NCBI GenBank assembly: GCA_001179505.1
Contig: CDMY01000505.1
Span: forward strand, 1-63,082
Origin: Vitrella brassicaformis CCMP3155
Taxonomy: Eukaryota; Protista; Chromerida
Direction of reading: 5' to 3'
Length of the DNA: 63,082 bases
The translations under genes and the position numbers were made by a program. This document shows positions 25,024 through 38,213 of this stretch, in pieces. Each line of letters starts with the position of its first letter. Positions within the stretch are counted from its first letter, which is position 1. The notes under the pieces are model-generated. The model was not told the DNA's origin. It did not search any database and saw only the letters and a list, made by a program, of their open reading frames with translations.

Positions 25024-25454
25024 GGAGAGACCTACATGCCCTTGTGCATCACCCAGCCCCCCACCCAGGTAGGTAGGTACCCGAGAGCGATGAGCAGCGA
25101 TTGTGTCCTGCCTCCCTCCGTGGTCATCTGGAGCTGCTTGAGCCCATACAGCGCCATCTCGAAGGCGCAAAACGACACCAACCGGTACTGCCGGTCCAGC
25201 CGATGCAGACACCCGTGCGCATCCCCAAGCCATATCTGGTCGGGACCTCCAGCCACACACACCACATGCAGCTGAGGCAACCCCGACACAGACAGAGGCA
25301 CCGCCTCGCGAGGGGCTGCTACAGGGGACGGCTGTGCGTCGGCTGCCGCTGCTGCTGCTGGTGGTTGCTGCTGTGGCGGTTGTTGTGCGTCTGGTGATCC
25401 CTCAGTCTTGACGACAATGCGCTCGAAGAAGTTGAGGCGGCGAAGCTTCTGCAT
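19111..25454 (-). CDS. VPS11: Vacuolar protein sorting 11 (HOPS/CORVET core subunit), many exons
   Basis: N-terminal RRLNFFE; VCLFRGDL; clathrin-repeat region VIEKYLDAQRIHNLATYLK and HTTLLFKCYTKLKD; RING CSHSYHSYC…CPKC; C-terminal FAHVAEYFGRGLF. Confidence 0.93.
22040..22339. other. Assembly gap (300 N) inside VPS11, flanked by poly-G on both sides
   Basis: N run between G homopolymers. Confidence 1.
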
Positions 25455-25806
25455 TGCTGATAGGGAAGCCGTCCGCTGTCAGTCAGCCGTTCCACCGGGC
25501 GCAGGAACTATGAACGATGAGTCGCACTCGTGAACGGTCAGCGATGAAGACCGTCTGAGTCAGATATCGGCAATGCTCCCGAGATCTTCACCCAGCGGCC
25601 TCTCGCCAGCACCACTGCATCCTCAGATGGCTCCAAAATGAATCTCTTTTCCTCAACTTTAAGCTCGCAATGTGGCTAAGCTCGCAGACCTGTTGGAATT
25701 TCGTTCGCCACCCTCCCCCCCACAGCACCACTAAAGCAGCGACGGCTTCACCAGCGGCGTGCATGCAGAAGAATTTGACCTGAGACTGCCGTCGATTCAT
25801 CAGAAG

Positions 25807-28800
25807 ATGCCTTCCCGCCTTCGCCCATCTGCCTCAGCTTCAGGGCCGTCTCCCGCCTTCCAGCTGACCTCTGCTCAATACGTCGAGCGCTCCCTGGCTC
25901 TAGCTGGTGCGGCAGCAACGGTGGCGAGCGAAGGCCTGGCCCGTCAGTATGGCTTGCAGACGGTCCTGCACAAGGACAGCCGGGACAAGGTGGACGCCAG
26001 CACTGCCCTGAGATTTCTCGAGGCGTATGCGACGCGGGCGAGCAGCCAGCCGGCCGAGCAGAGGAGCCTGGAGCAGCTGTGCCGTCGGCTGCTGCACTCG
26101 ACGCAAGTGGGTGTGTATGGCGCCACGTGGGAGAGCGACATGCGGGGGGTGCAGGAGGTCTTCGAGACGGTCAATGCCTTCCTCACGGTGCTCTTCCGCA
26201 CCAACACGAGACCCACATCCTTTTTGCTCGAGAACCTCGCTCAGCTGTACGCCCAGTGGCGGCTGCACATTCTGCACGAGCTGACGCCCGCCTCATACAC
26301 CCTCGAGTGGTGGGCCTCTGGCGGCATCAAACACACCGTCATGCGGCCGTTCGAGTGGTCCGATCGGGACTACCTCATGGCCGCCATCACGCTGGCGGCC
26401 CAGGCATGGTGGCCAGTGATAGAGAGGGTCGTGGGGGTCACCATGGCTGCGGTGCGGGAGAGAGAGCGGCGAAGGAGGCGGGCGGGGGGTGAGGGTGCGA
26501 GGGAGAGGGAGAGGGAGAGGGGGCCCTTTGGCTGGGCACTCGAGTGTGTCGAGTGCGTGGCCGACTGCCTGAGGGGCTGCCGTGTGCTGAGTGCCGACCC
26601 GCTCGTCCGATCGGACGCACAGGCGCTGCTCGAGCTGCAAGAGGTGGGTGGAGACGACAGACAGGACAACGAACGACAACATGATCCATGATACCTACTT
26701 ACACGTGTGTGTGATCTTTGCTGTGTCCAGCGCGTGTCGGTCTGGGATGTGTGGGAGCCCTTCGCCCTCTCAGCAGTGGTGTATGAGGCCTTCAGGCGGT
26801 CGGAGCAGATCATTCGAGGCACAGCCGCACCACCACCCACCACACACGCTGCCCAGCCGCCGAGGGCATCTCCTTCACCCCACGTGCCGCGACTGCATGG
26901 CGGTGTCGGGGAGGGGGAGGTGGTTGAGGATGACGGAGAGGGGCCGAGTGTGGCGTGCTACCGCGAGAGGTGCCTTGGCGGACTCATGGACCTGAAGGAA
27001 CGTACGGAGGCACAAGAGGAGAGCCGTGTGTGGAAGTATGCATGTATGCGTGTATCGGTCGGTTCCCTGTGTGTCTGTCGGTTGCTTAGGTTACCTGACG
27101 CATTTCGAGAAGGTCCGTCAAGAGAGGGAGTCAGCACTAGCGTCAGCCACCCTCCTGCGGCCTGCACGTCGGTCCGCCCCCTCATCACGACCCCCCTCGC
27201 CCATGCGCATGCCGCCCTGGCGCCCCGCCATGTCCCCGGGCACACCGTCAGTCACGCAGCTGAGGCGCATCACACCTCCTCCATCCAGATCTGTCAGCCC
27301 ATTCGGCGCACCCAGTGAGCGCTTATACACAAGGGCGAGTCTCAGCCTTAATGAAATGTGTGTTGTGTTTCCCTGCGTGAGTTTAGGGCGTTGGCTGTCG
27401 GGTCCGTCGCCTCGTCTGGACGAGGGCCCGATCGCCCGGTCCTCATTCCCAGTGCCGCTGCGGGCCATCAACAACGGCAGCGCACAGACGGCCGTCTCGT
27501 CTGCCTGGGCCACACCCCCCTGGACACAGCGGCTCACCCAACAAGTGTCGACGTCTCCATCCCCACTGCGGCCACGCACCCCACCTCGCGTGCAGTCTTT
27601 GCGGTCCAGCAGCACGGTGCGGGCCATGGGAGGCGGGCAGCGGAGGGGAGGGGCCCCACAGCCACCGCCGCGTGACCTGGCTGCCGAGCGAGAGACGAGA
27701 ATGGACCTCCCGCAGGAAGAGGATCGTCGGGAGCAGGAGCGAGAGGAGCTGCCGACGTTCGGCGCAAACGGTGCCGCGATGTTCGTGGGTCAGAGGCATG
27801 ATCACGAGACGCGAGAGAGGGGGGAGGCTGCCGGAGCTGGTGTTGGAGGCGAGATGGGTCTGCCAGAGGGTGCTGCTGTCATCGAGGGCACCCCGCTGCC
27901 GCCTGACTTCATGCAGGACGATGAAGAGGGGCAAGGCCGACAACAGGACAGGGACAGGCAAGCCTGGCCTGACCAATCGACGACCCACCCCCTTTCACAT
28001 TGCAAATGATATGCATTTCAGGGTCCAAGACCGAGCTAACGACACCTTGCTGCCGCCCCCGGCAGCAGCAGCAGCAGCAGCCACACGAGCCCCTGCAGAG
28101 CCGGAGACCACTCTGCCCCCACCTCCACCCCCCGTCGCTCCCAAGCGGGCGGCAGTGCCATCCGGTCCGCCCGTGAGGCCTCTCTTGCCAACTGATGGCC
28201 CCACGGCATTCGAGGCTCACATTGTGGGGGAAATGGAGGTGGGTAGACATCTGGAGAGGCCGGCATGACAGCCGAATCACTTGCCTCGTATGCATCGTGT
28301 GTGTCGTGTGCAGGTGTCGAGGGCGGATGAGGGCGCTGATCGTGACATTTTGCGGAGGGATGAGCGTCAGTATGTGGGTGTGAGTGGGGGCGTGGGGCTG
28401 GGGAGGAGCCTGACGGCCGAGCCGACCCGGATGGACCTCTCTGTGGCGCTGAACGATCTCAAAGAGTGCCGCACAACACAACACAGCGATGGATGCATGG
28501 ATGCATCAATGCAATGCTTACGGACACCATCTTTCTTTCTTTTTGCTGTGTGCGCGTGTGCGTGAATGTGTGCAGGCGCTTGTGCCGCTTGGAGGAGAAG
28601 AGTGACCGCCTCTCAAAGGCGCACGAGAACCTCGCCATCAAAGTCGACAGGTCTGTATGTATCTCCCTGGATCATGTCATGGTGGTATGTCCCTTCTCTG
28701 TTTCTGCCTCAATATGATTGCTTCAGGCATCTCACGGCGCCCCCTCCGGCTCAGCCAACCTTATCGCAGACCACTCCAGCAGGTACGCAAGTACAATGAC

Positions 28801-29450
28801 AATGACATTCACGTCGGTGTAATCTGCGTGTGTGCACTGCAGGTGATCAAGCTACCCCCGTCACTCTCACCCCACCACAGCCATACGCGCCGCCCACACC
28901 AGCACCAGCACCACCACCAGCAGCGGAGGCGGCCAAACGAGACATCGATCAGCAGCCCAGCCTCACCCCCAGCACACAGGCGGGCCTGACGTCACCCCTC
29001 AACACAAGGGTGCCCTCAGACGGCGAGCGACACACACCCATCACCCCATTCGCGGCATTGCGGTCGTCGCCATCCCCCGCAGCCCAGCGCGAAGAAGCGA
29101 GCCGGCGGTCGTCTGTCCCCCTGACGCCCCCACACCCGCCCCACCCCTATCGCAGCTTCCTCTCCTGCAGCCCCTCAGATCGCAGTCTGCTGCGCGGCCC
29201 CCCCGAGGGTCGGTTCGTGTCATACGAGCCCGTGAGTGTGCGTGGCGGCCCACTGGACAGAGCTGGTGCGGGTGGTGTGGGCCGCAGCCGACCTGCCCCA
29301 AGACAGTGGATAAGGGACGCACCGACCTTGGGTGTGTCGCGGATGAGGGGGCTGGATAGAGAAAGGGGCGAGGATGAACGTGGGGGTGTTGGTGTGGGTG
29401 AGGGTGCAAGGCAGAGGAGTGTGTGGGACGCTGTGGTGCAGTACCCCTAG
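25807..29450 (+). CDS. Hypothetical protein: helical N-terminal region, long Pro/Ser-rich region, short coiled coil
   Basis: Long first exon, then GT-AG-linked exons (RVSVWDVWEPF, GYLTHFEKV, RLCRLEEKSDRL) to stop 29448-29450. Confidence 0.65.
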
Positions 29451-29741
29451 ATAGACAGATGTGCGACCGACGATTCAACAGAGACGCAATAGAATGCATT
29501 ATTGGGCACACCCATCACATCGATCGCAATAAAGGAGGTCCGTCGACAAGTAGAAGACACATTCATGAAAAATCGTCCGGATGGACCAGTAAATAAAGCT
29601 CAGCCCTGCATTTCTGAAAGTGTTTCAGAAGTGACAAGGACTGGCCTACAACAGATACATACAACACATGGAACACGCACGCAGACATACACAGGCATCC
29701 ATAGCAGATAGATCAGCAAAGCCGTTCAACAAGACTCATCA

Positions 29742-30685
29742 TTATAATCTCCCAGTCAAGAACCACTCCTGGTCATCAGCACTGTATTCGAGATCCTCAA
29801 CACTCTTTTTGAGCTGCTGCATGGCCTCATTGATGCGTTTGATCTTCGCTTCACACTCCCGCTGCTTGGCGCGCAAGTCGGCGTGAATGGTCTTGGCGTG
29901 AAGGGCGCCAAGGGCATCCTGCAGCCCGGCGTAGTTCTCCTCGAACTGCCGCAGCACCTCCATCGAAGGGCCGGTACCGGCAAACATGCGGTATTTGTCG
30001 GCAATCGGGGCCATCTGGTCGTTGAGCCGCTCCACATCGTCGAGCCAAGTTGTGCGGCTTATGTCGATGTCCAGCTTGTCGTTGGCCGAGTCGAAGATGG
30101 GCTTAATGTCGTGAAGCCGCACCGTCGCACGATGCTCTCGAATGATGTTGCGGATGGGCCTCTTGGTGTCCTTCCATGTCGGCTCCCAGCGGAGCGTGCG
30201 TTGGTTCAGCTGCAACTCCATCTCCCTCCCGACCACGACCTTCTCGTTTTCCCTCATTCGTGCGTTCAGTCCGTCGATGATGTCCTCATTGGTCGTCTTG
30301 ATGGTGTGGATGTTGCGCAGCAAATCCTCGTAGGAGCGGTTGTCGTCTGCAGCGGGCAACGCCATGTCCACGCAATCTGATCCACACGCAAAGACAGAGC
30401 GGCGGGGTTACCGTGAAGGCGACTTTGTATGCTTCGTTCCTCGTCAGACCACCTGTTTGTGCTATCCAGGCAGAACTCTCGAAGATCTACACCGCGATCC
30501 TTAAAGGAGCGATGTGAGTGACCTTGCCACGACGATATGGGGGCTGTGGTATGAAAGAAGGTCTCACCGCGAGCTTGAGAGTTCTGCGAGCTTTGCCTGA
30601 TTTCGGCAACAACCTCCGAGCACCTCTCGACATGAGAATCTCTCTCTACAATTAATTTCATCTGATCCCACCTTTTCTCCGGCAT
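29742..30685 (-). CDS. Hypothetical coiled-coil protein (start could be 30685 or 30371)
   Basis: 209-aa ORF with heptad-like segments. An upstream ORF joins in frame through a GTAACC…GATCAG intron (RLH|DCVDM). Confidence 0.55.
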
Positions 30686-30718
30686 TCGTCTGCGAGACGG
30701 TCTTCAGCAGCTGGCGTG

Positions 30719-33700
30719 ATGAGCAGCGGCAGCAGCGGTGATGCCCCGGCTCCGTCGGACGAGAGCAGTCCCGCCACATCCGCAGACGCACCAACCACAA
30801 ACATCAATCAGGCCAGCCAGGGAGGAGTGGGAGATGGACAACAACACACCCAATCAGCACCCGATGGCCATCACGGTGCGGCTGCTGCATCGATTGCTTC
30901 ATCGTCGGCCCCTCACCATGGCGATATGGGTGGCGAGACCTCACCGCCTGGCACATACACACCTCCACCGGCCGACTTCACATCTGGAGGGCCTGGCCCC
31001 GCCGCATCTTTGGCTCCTTCGCACATGGGTGACGTGGGAGGGCCCTCAGCATCGGTCGAGCCGCCTGACATGACGGACCACGACACGCCAGCCGCAGCAC
31101 CCGCACCGGGACCGACCGGTGACGAGCCTCATGTGGCCCCAGCTGCGGCCGCCGCAGCAGGGGGTGCGTTTCATACGTCGTTTGATATGGGAATGGGTGT
31201 GGCGAGCCACTCTACTGGAGACGGGGGGCACTCGACGGGTCATGTGGGTGGTCACGGTGTGCATGGGATGGGTGGCGGCGGCAACACGAGGGACGGGGAG
31301 GGCGGGACGGGCAGTGGAGACGCCAGGAGGCTGCTGAGGATCAACCTCTCCAGCTGTAAGCCATCCATGCACCAAACAAACAACACGAACTCTCTGAGTG
31401 TGTGTCCTGTGTGCAGCTGTTGGGTCGTCCGGTGCCCCCGAATGGTCTGGTGGTGCGTCGCCTCCCCCTCTCACGTCTGGCACTGGCGGCGGCGACCACT
31501 CCGGCAGACAGCCGTCATCGCTATCGGGCCACACATCGGCGCTTCAGCTCACACCGGTCGACTCCATAAACAACGGCACGCCAGAGCCACCACCAGCAGC
31601 AGCAGCGGCGGCCGCAGCTGCCCCTGCCCCTGCACCAGCCGCAGCCGCCAGTGCACCGAGTTGGGCGCTTTTGTCCGGGTCTGCTGGCGGCCTTGGTGGC
31701 GAGGAGGGCTATGACGACGATCATCCGGCGGTGCATCACACCGACACAGGCACGGACGCTGCGCCGAGCGGGCCGATGCTTCGGCTGGCGACAGGGACGG
31801 GGGACACATCATCGCCGGTGTCTCGTCAGCCTGTGAGTGGTGCCGAGGGTGAGGAGGGCGGCACCCTCACGGCTCCCAGTGGTCAGCAGGGCATCAACAT
31901 GCACATGGGAGGGGCGGGGGGATCCAGCGGCACCTGGGAGGTCGTACCTCCAGTATCGTCGGCTCCCCAACAAGAGCAAGAAGAACAGCAGCCGCCGTCC
32001 AGCAGCTCCGCCTTCCCTGCATTCGATGACGAGCAGCTCCCACAGCCGTCTGAGCCCAGCGGCGCATCGGGAGCCGCTCCCGCGTCCCTCGGGCCGCTGC
32101 CCGATTTCCGCGCGGACCCTGAGGCAGAGTTTGTGTGGGAGGACGAATACGACGAGGACATCCAAGACGGCGGCAACGAGCTCAATCTCATGCAGCAGGA
32201 GGCAGAGGGGGAAGAGGTGCCGCCCAGGCCGACTCAGCCAATGGCGGTTGCGTCAGGGGCCGGGGAGCCGCCAGATGATGACGGCGAGCCGAATAGAGAC
32301 GAGAACGGCGACATGCCGCACAACGGTCCGGAAGGTTTGCCGTCACCCGCTCCCCTGCCGCCCCAAGAGGAGAGTGCCGACTCCGACTTCGATTTTGGCG
32401 ATTTCTCTGGTGCTAAGCCGCAGGAGCCGGAAGAGAGTGGTGCGGCAGCGTCTGGGTCTGCGCGTGAGGGTGGTGGCTGGGCGGCGGGGTTTGACGAGGG
32501 AGATGACGAGTGGGGGTTCCAATCGGGGGAGGGAGGGGCAGGGGGTGAGGGTGCAACCGGTGACTGGGCCGTCACCTCTGAGGCCACACTCATGGAGGAC
32601 AGACAGATGAGACGGGTCAGCCAGCGCTACACAGATGAATGCAGTGATTGATACGATGGATGCTGATAGTGACAATAAATGTGATGTGTTGTCCCTTTCG
32701 GTCTGACAGGATGAGAGCGATCGCATCCAGAAGGCCCTCGACACGATTCAGAAGACAGTGTCTGAAGGCATTGACGGCCTCTACACCACCATGTGTGAGC
32801 ATTTCGGCGGCTGCGACCTCCGCAATGTCACGCTGGACGACGATGCCGCCCACGAGCCGGCGACACTGCAGCAGGCCGTCAGCATCCCTCAAGCCGTATC
32901 CGACTTCATCCGGACCGGTGTGCTGCCGGCTGACGCGGCCGGCCTGCTGGTGCCTCTGCCGGTGCCAATCCAAGGCGCCGATGCCCAGCAGAGCGTCGCT
33001 GATGTGCCGATCCACATGGACAAGTGAGTGGGGCAACAAAGGGAATGAAGGCGGTGCGGTGGATGAGAGTGACAGTGCCTTCGGTTGTCGTTTGTCAGGT
33101 TTGATTGGTCGAGCAGCCGCGTGCGTCAGCGGTATTACGAGGGGCTGTGTTCGTGCCTTCAGACGCCCCCTGACGTCCCCATCAGCGCTGCCTTCGCACA
33201 GGAAGCGACGCAAGAGAAGGTCAGCTAGGCACCTACAAAAAGCAACATCTCTTGCTCTCAAAAATAACTCTCTTCCCTGCATGTGTCTCCCCTCCCTCCC
33301 TCCCTCAGCCGGTGTTGCGTCCAAGCGACAGTGTGTTGAGTGGCAGCTCCACCATACCCATAGGCCTCCCACAAACAGCGACCCAGCAGCCATCTCCCGA
33401 TCAGGCCGGTCAGGTGTATCTGTACCAGCCCCCCATCCATCTGGACTTCCACCCCCCTGACGGCCAGCCGCCCCCGAGGCTCACAGGTCGTGTGGGCGCC
33501 GGGGTGGCTGCCAGGAGGGGCACGCCCCTGCCGCAGCCGGCACTTGGCGACGAGGCGACCGCCGGCATGCCCCATGCCTGTCGGGTTATGGGTGACGAGA
33601 GGCGGAGCAGGGCACATGGAGGGGAAGACCTCGACCAGCTTTTCAAGGTAATCTTATTTGAGGCAGGCCTCAAACATGCCCTCTTAAGCCGGCAGGAATG

Positions 33701-34355
33701 CTTGTTGGTGTGTCTGTTATTCTTTCAGCGTCCTGGTGTGGGTAGCAGGGATCACAGGGTCCCGTCGACTGGCACCGGCAGCGTCAGCGTCACTGGGCCG
33801 GTAGCAGCTGCATCGTCGGCTGCAGCTGCCGTAGTGCCCGACGTATCTGGCGTGACCGATGACGTGCTGGAGCATGCACTCTCACAACTAGGCCTACAGG
33901 TAACAAGACAGACCCAGGCAGGGAGCAGTGCAGTGGGCATGGCACATCTATGGGATGGCTTGATCCTCATACCTCGTTTCTGTCTATCGTCTTTATAGGG
34001 CTCGGCTCGTTCATCCCAGTCGGAGGCAGCAGGAGAGCGGCCCAGTGACACCCTCCCAGTGGTGCAGGCGCAGTCAGCGGCATCGGGCGAGGGTGCGGGT
34101 GCGGGCGGCCAGCCCAGTCCGGCCCCATCGCCACTCAGCTGGCCCTTCCTGCAGCCCTCATTCGGCCTGCGGGCGTCGGGGGGGTCGTCGGTGACACCGT
34201 CGCCCCGCGTGCAGCGCTTTGTGGACGCGTTGCCGGATTTGTCACACCTGCTATCGTCATCTGTGGTGATCCCGGCGCGCAAGAGCGACGACTCACAGCA
34301 GGATGGTGGTGGCGGCGGGGGATTGCAGCAGCCGCCGCCCACCATCACCATGTGA
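30719..34355 (+). CDS. Aftiphilin-like AP-1/clathrin accessory protein
   Basis: Disordered acidic region with DFDFGDF, WAAGF and DEWGF; then FDWSSSRVRQRYYEGL and C-terminal FVDALPDLSHLLSSSVVIP. Confidence 0.6.
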
Positions 34356-34677
34356 GTCGCTGCAGTTTGTCTTTTTCGTGCAGGATTGATTCTCAGTGGC
34401 CGGACGGTTGGTTCATTTTGTGAGTTGTGTTGTGTTATGCGTGTCAATTCAAAAATCGGTGGTGACGTACGGTGTTGCTCAGGGAACGTTGACGAAAGGC
34501 GGGTCGGTCGCTATACATGCCCAGGTACACACAGAGACGCACACACGCGGCACACTTCAAAGCAGCGACTTACTCCAAAAGCCTCAATATTTGAGATTTT
34601 TTGAAGCTCGCATTCGCTCCAACGGTTCCCCGTCTCCCTCCCCCCTCCTTCTCTTTTTTTGCCTCTTCCCGTGGCGA

Positions 34678-36384
34678 ATGTGTCGCCATCTTTCGGAAAC
34701 TGTGTTTCTTGTCGTCATCAGCCTGCAGCTGGTGGTGCAGCCGTGTCTATCAGCCCTTTCGGCTCGGCACGAGGATGGCAAGCAGCAGGGCCCTCTCTAC
34801 CGTGATATTCAGGACGAGTTTCCGCTGGATGAGGAGATTCAAGAGAGCCGCACGTTCCCCTTTCTCGTCAACGTCTCCGTCTACATGGCTCCGACGAGTG
34901 TGTACTGGGAGGACATTTGCAAGAAGCAGATGGGCATCATTCCGTCTGACATGATGATGATGAGCGACTTGGACTGGCTGTCGTGCGCAGTGGTGCTCCA
35001 GCGTCGCGATATGGTGCACTCCATACTCAACGATGACCATGACGGCGGATATGCGTGGGATCCAAACGAGATACAGGTCAGGCAGGCAGTCACTGGGCGG
35101 TGCATCCACACGCCCACACGCACCCTGGTTGATTTGGGTCACTCATGCCGTTTTGTCTTTCTGTCGTCGGCATCTATCGTGTGGCTGTCGTGTTGGGTGC
35201 AGGGCATGACCGATGGCATCACCGCCCTCCACTTGGTCGCATCGCGAGGCGACATTGACATTGCGAGTGTGTTGATAGAGTACAAGGCTGACGTCAACGT
35301 CATGTCCGACGACAAGTTATCCCCCTTGTGCATCGCTATCATGTTCAACGACGGTGACATGGTGACGACGCTCTTGCGTGGAGGAGCTGACGCCCAACTC
35401 GCTTGTCTGAATCGCGACGACGTCAAGCGGAAGGCTAAGATCCCTGACGATTACTATGACGAGGCCAATGAGCACCTCTACATGATTCAGCCTCTCTTAC
35501 TTGCGGCCAAGTACGGCAAGGACAAGGCAGTGGGTGCACTCCTGCAGCACGGAGTCAACAGGGACGCGACGGACACGCGTGGCTTCACGGGCCTGCACTA
35601 CTCGGCTCTGCAGCATGACTTCTTCCGCACTCGCCTACTCAGCACGCGTCGCCAGTATGGCAAGGTGGCCTCTCTGCTTCTCAATGACGGCTTTCGCATG
35701 CTGGATGCCACGCAGCAGAATGGATGGACCGCCTTTGACTTTGCCTGCCGTGGGGCTCTGTTTCCGGCCGCCAAGCTCATGATCGATGGTGGCGTGTCAG
35801 GCGGCTTCTATGCTCCCCTCTTGAAGCAACCCATCAACACCTTTAAGCGGTCCCTCCTCGGCCTGGGCCTTGTCAAGCTGCTGGAGACCACTGAGCACGG
35901 CCAGATGGCGCGCAAGCTGCCCGCTTCTCTGGGTGAGGATATTCGGCGTGCGATCATTGCTAGGGGCGCCGACGCCTTCGTCTCCGTTCTCGGGCTCAAC
36001 GTGATCACGCCTCCTTCTCAAGGTTCTCCAGGGATGCCTCTGGTAGTTAAGCTTGACATCAAGCTGGCGGACGTTTCCCTTACGGAGGAAGAGGTGATGC
36101 TCTTCGCGCACAAGCCTCACCAGTACGTGGTGGTTGGTGGAGTATTCATCTCAGACGTGGAAGCCACGGCCTTGAAACGCCTCGACAACCTGAGTGTCAA
36201 GCCTGGCGATGGAGATGGGGATGAGGGAGACGAGCAGGCCATCGAGTGGGGAGACGACGAGGAGGAGCCGGAGCCGCTGGGCAGTTTTTATATGGGTCTT
36301 TTGCATGGCGACCCCATGGGCATCACTGTGGCCGTCATTGCTGGCGCCCTGGTCCTCATGGGCGTGTCATTCTTCTTCATGTGA
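34678..36384 (+). CDS. Ankyrin-repeat protein with predicted signal peptide and C-terminal TM helix; 126-nt in-frame intron at 35077-35202
   Basis: TALHLVASRGDIDIASVLIEYKADVN, SPLCIAI, PLLLAAKYGKDKAVGALLQHGVN, TGLHYSA, TAFDFAC; ends ITVAVIAGALVLMGVSFFFM*. Confidence 0.85.
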   Translation: MCRHLSETVFLVVISLQLVVQPCLSALSARHEDGKQQGPLYRDIQDEFPLDEEIQESRTFPFLVNVSVYMAPTSVYWEDICKKQMGIIPSDMMMMSDLDWLSCAVVLQRRDMVHSILNDDHDGGYAWDPNEIQVRQAVTGRCIHTPTRTLVDLGHSCRFVFLSSASIVWLSCWVQGMTDGITALHLVASRGDIDIASVLIEYKADVNVMSDDKLSPLCIAIMFNDGDMVTTLLRGGADAQLACLNRDDVKRKAKIPDDYYDEANEHLYMIQPLLLAAKYGKDKAVGALLQHGVNRDATDTRGFTGLHYSALQHDFFRTRLLSTRRQYGKVASLLLNDGFRMLDATQQNGWTAFDFACRGALFPAAKLMIDGGVSGGFYAPLLKQPINTFKRSLLGLGLVKLLETTEHGQMARKLPASLGEDIRRAIIARGADAFVSVLGLNVITPPSQGSPGMPLVVKLDIKLADVSLTEEEVMLFAHKPHQYVVVGGVFISDVEATALKRLDNLSVKPGDGDGDEGDEQAIEWGDDEEEPEPLGSFYMGLLHGDPMGITVAVIAGALVLMGVSFFFM

Positions 36385-38213
36385 TTGCTGTCTGTCGGGC
36401 AGGGCGACACAACTTTCCACTAATTAGTGGTGCACAGGTGGGTGGTGTTTTTCTGTCGGATGCGAAAGGAGGGAAAACTGACTTTTGTAGGTCGCAGGTG
36501 TGCTAGTGGTTGGTGAGTCCAGGCAGGTGTAGGTCGTGGGGTGTGTGTGGGTGTGTGTGTTGGTGTTGGAGTAGGTAGAGTAGATAGAGGGTGGTGTGTG
36601 TGTTTATGTGATTCATTCATTCATTCCTTCATCACATCTGTATGCCAGTCAGGTGTTATCTGTGTCCGTACTTACCTACCGCATGTGTCGTGTCGTGTCG
36701 TGTAGATGTGTGTGTGGACGTGGATGTGTGTGGACGTATCTGCGTTGCCCCGCTGTCTTGGTACGCACAGGTGGCCGGCCATATGCATCTCTGTCCCTAC
36801 TGATTGCATGTCGATATTTTATATCGTGTGGGTTACGCTGTGAAGAAAAGGTTCGCTGCCTTTGTGTGGTGTGAAGTCACATGTGGACCCACGATAATGC
36901 ATGCATCATGCATTCGTGTCTGTCTCGGCGTCAAGTGAAGGTGCGCATAGATTCGCAAACACCAACCGCAAGTCACCATCGCACACAGACTTCACTTCTG
37001 CACTGCCAGTAGGTAGACACCAGGTAGTGGCGACAGAATTCATGCGCAGCTCGCAGCGGTGCGTATCAGTGCACCACAGACATGTGTCAGCCAATTTTGG
37101 GCAGTCCACCCATCCCATGTACCGCACCCCCATCAGTCCAGTCCCCATTGTGTGTGTGTCGATGGCCTCTTAATTAAAACATCATACACACAGACACGCG
37201 ATGCAGTGATTGTCGGTCGATACATTCATATACGCCTGCCTGCTTGACCAGAGGGGACAAGACGACGACACGACGCAACAGAGAAGAGCACAGCACACAG
37301 GGGAGTGAAGCCAGCCCCAAATGTCAGTCCCATGTGTATGTCCTGGACACCCATTCGCTGCACTGCGTGTCTGTCTGCGTGTGTGTGTGTGTGCACCTCT
37401 CGACACACACGTGGCACACACACACACACACACGTCCCTCTTGCCTTGCCATAGCTCCCCTCTTCCCTCTCGCCAGTCAGTCAGTCATCGCCACTGTGAC
37501 GTCCGTCGGGCCACCAAGTCACCTCTGCGACTCACGCGAGCCGAGTGCCGACCGAGTGAGTAGCCGAGGAGGGAGGGAGGGCGGGCGGGCGGGCGCTGTC
37601 AGTGTGCTGTGGACGACCTGCAATAGTAAGTAGGACGCCAACAGCTCCAAGCAAGCAGTGGGCAGCCAGGGAGGGCCGTAAAGCCCAAGACCTCACTCAC
37701 CACACAGACGGCGCGAGGGGGCTCGGTCGGCGACCACAGCCTCTAAGGACCCTGCCATACACACACACACAGGCAGAGCGAGAGAGGGAGAGAGAGAGAC
37801 GGACTGTGTGTGTGCGCCTGTGCGTGTGTGTGTGTGTGTGTGGCGTGTCTTGTCCTCGTGGGGCACTGATACGATTAAGCTTCACGGCATCTCATTCTAT
37901 TGAGTACATGTGTCTTGACGCCGCGCATCTCACTCGTCCAGTGCGCACCCACCCACACACATAAGAAATAACGTCTCGAAACGTACGAAGGGCCCACGAA
38001 CGTCAGTCAGTCAGATCAGCCGGGTATGCCGCGCCCTTAATGTACAAAGAAATGACCACTGAGTGTGATGAAATTGTCATCGCTTAAGCACAGGCTGTCA
38101 GTCACACAGTTTGCTTGAAAACAAGCAAGGCACGCACCCTTAAGGGTCGAACGAATACGCAGGCACCGCACCGACAAACGTAGCCAGTCCCCTAAGCCTC
38201 GTTGCCCCCGCCC

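Noticed and set aside
34396-34677. N-terminal extension of the 662-aa ORF
   Set aside because: It begins at a non-ATG codon and reads like UTR. ATG 34678 precedes a signal-like segment. The ORF is long partly because the 126-nt intron has no stop.
36400-38200. Possible small gene(s) in the long intergenic region (ORF 36906-37148, segments at 37600-37750)
   Set aside because: No consistent splice chain or recognisable motif, and simple repeats dominate.
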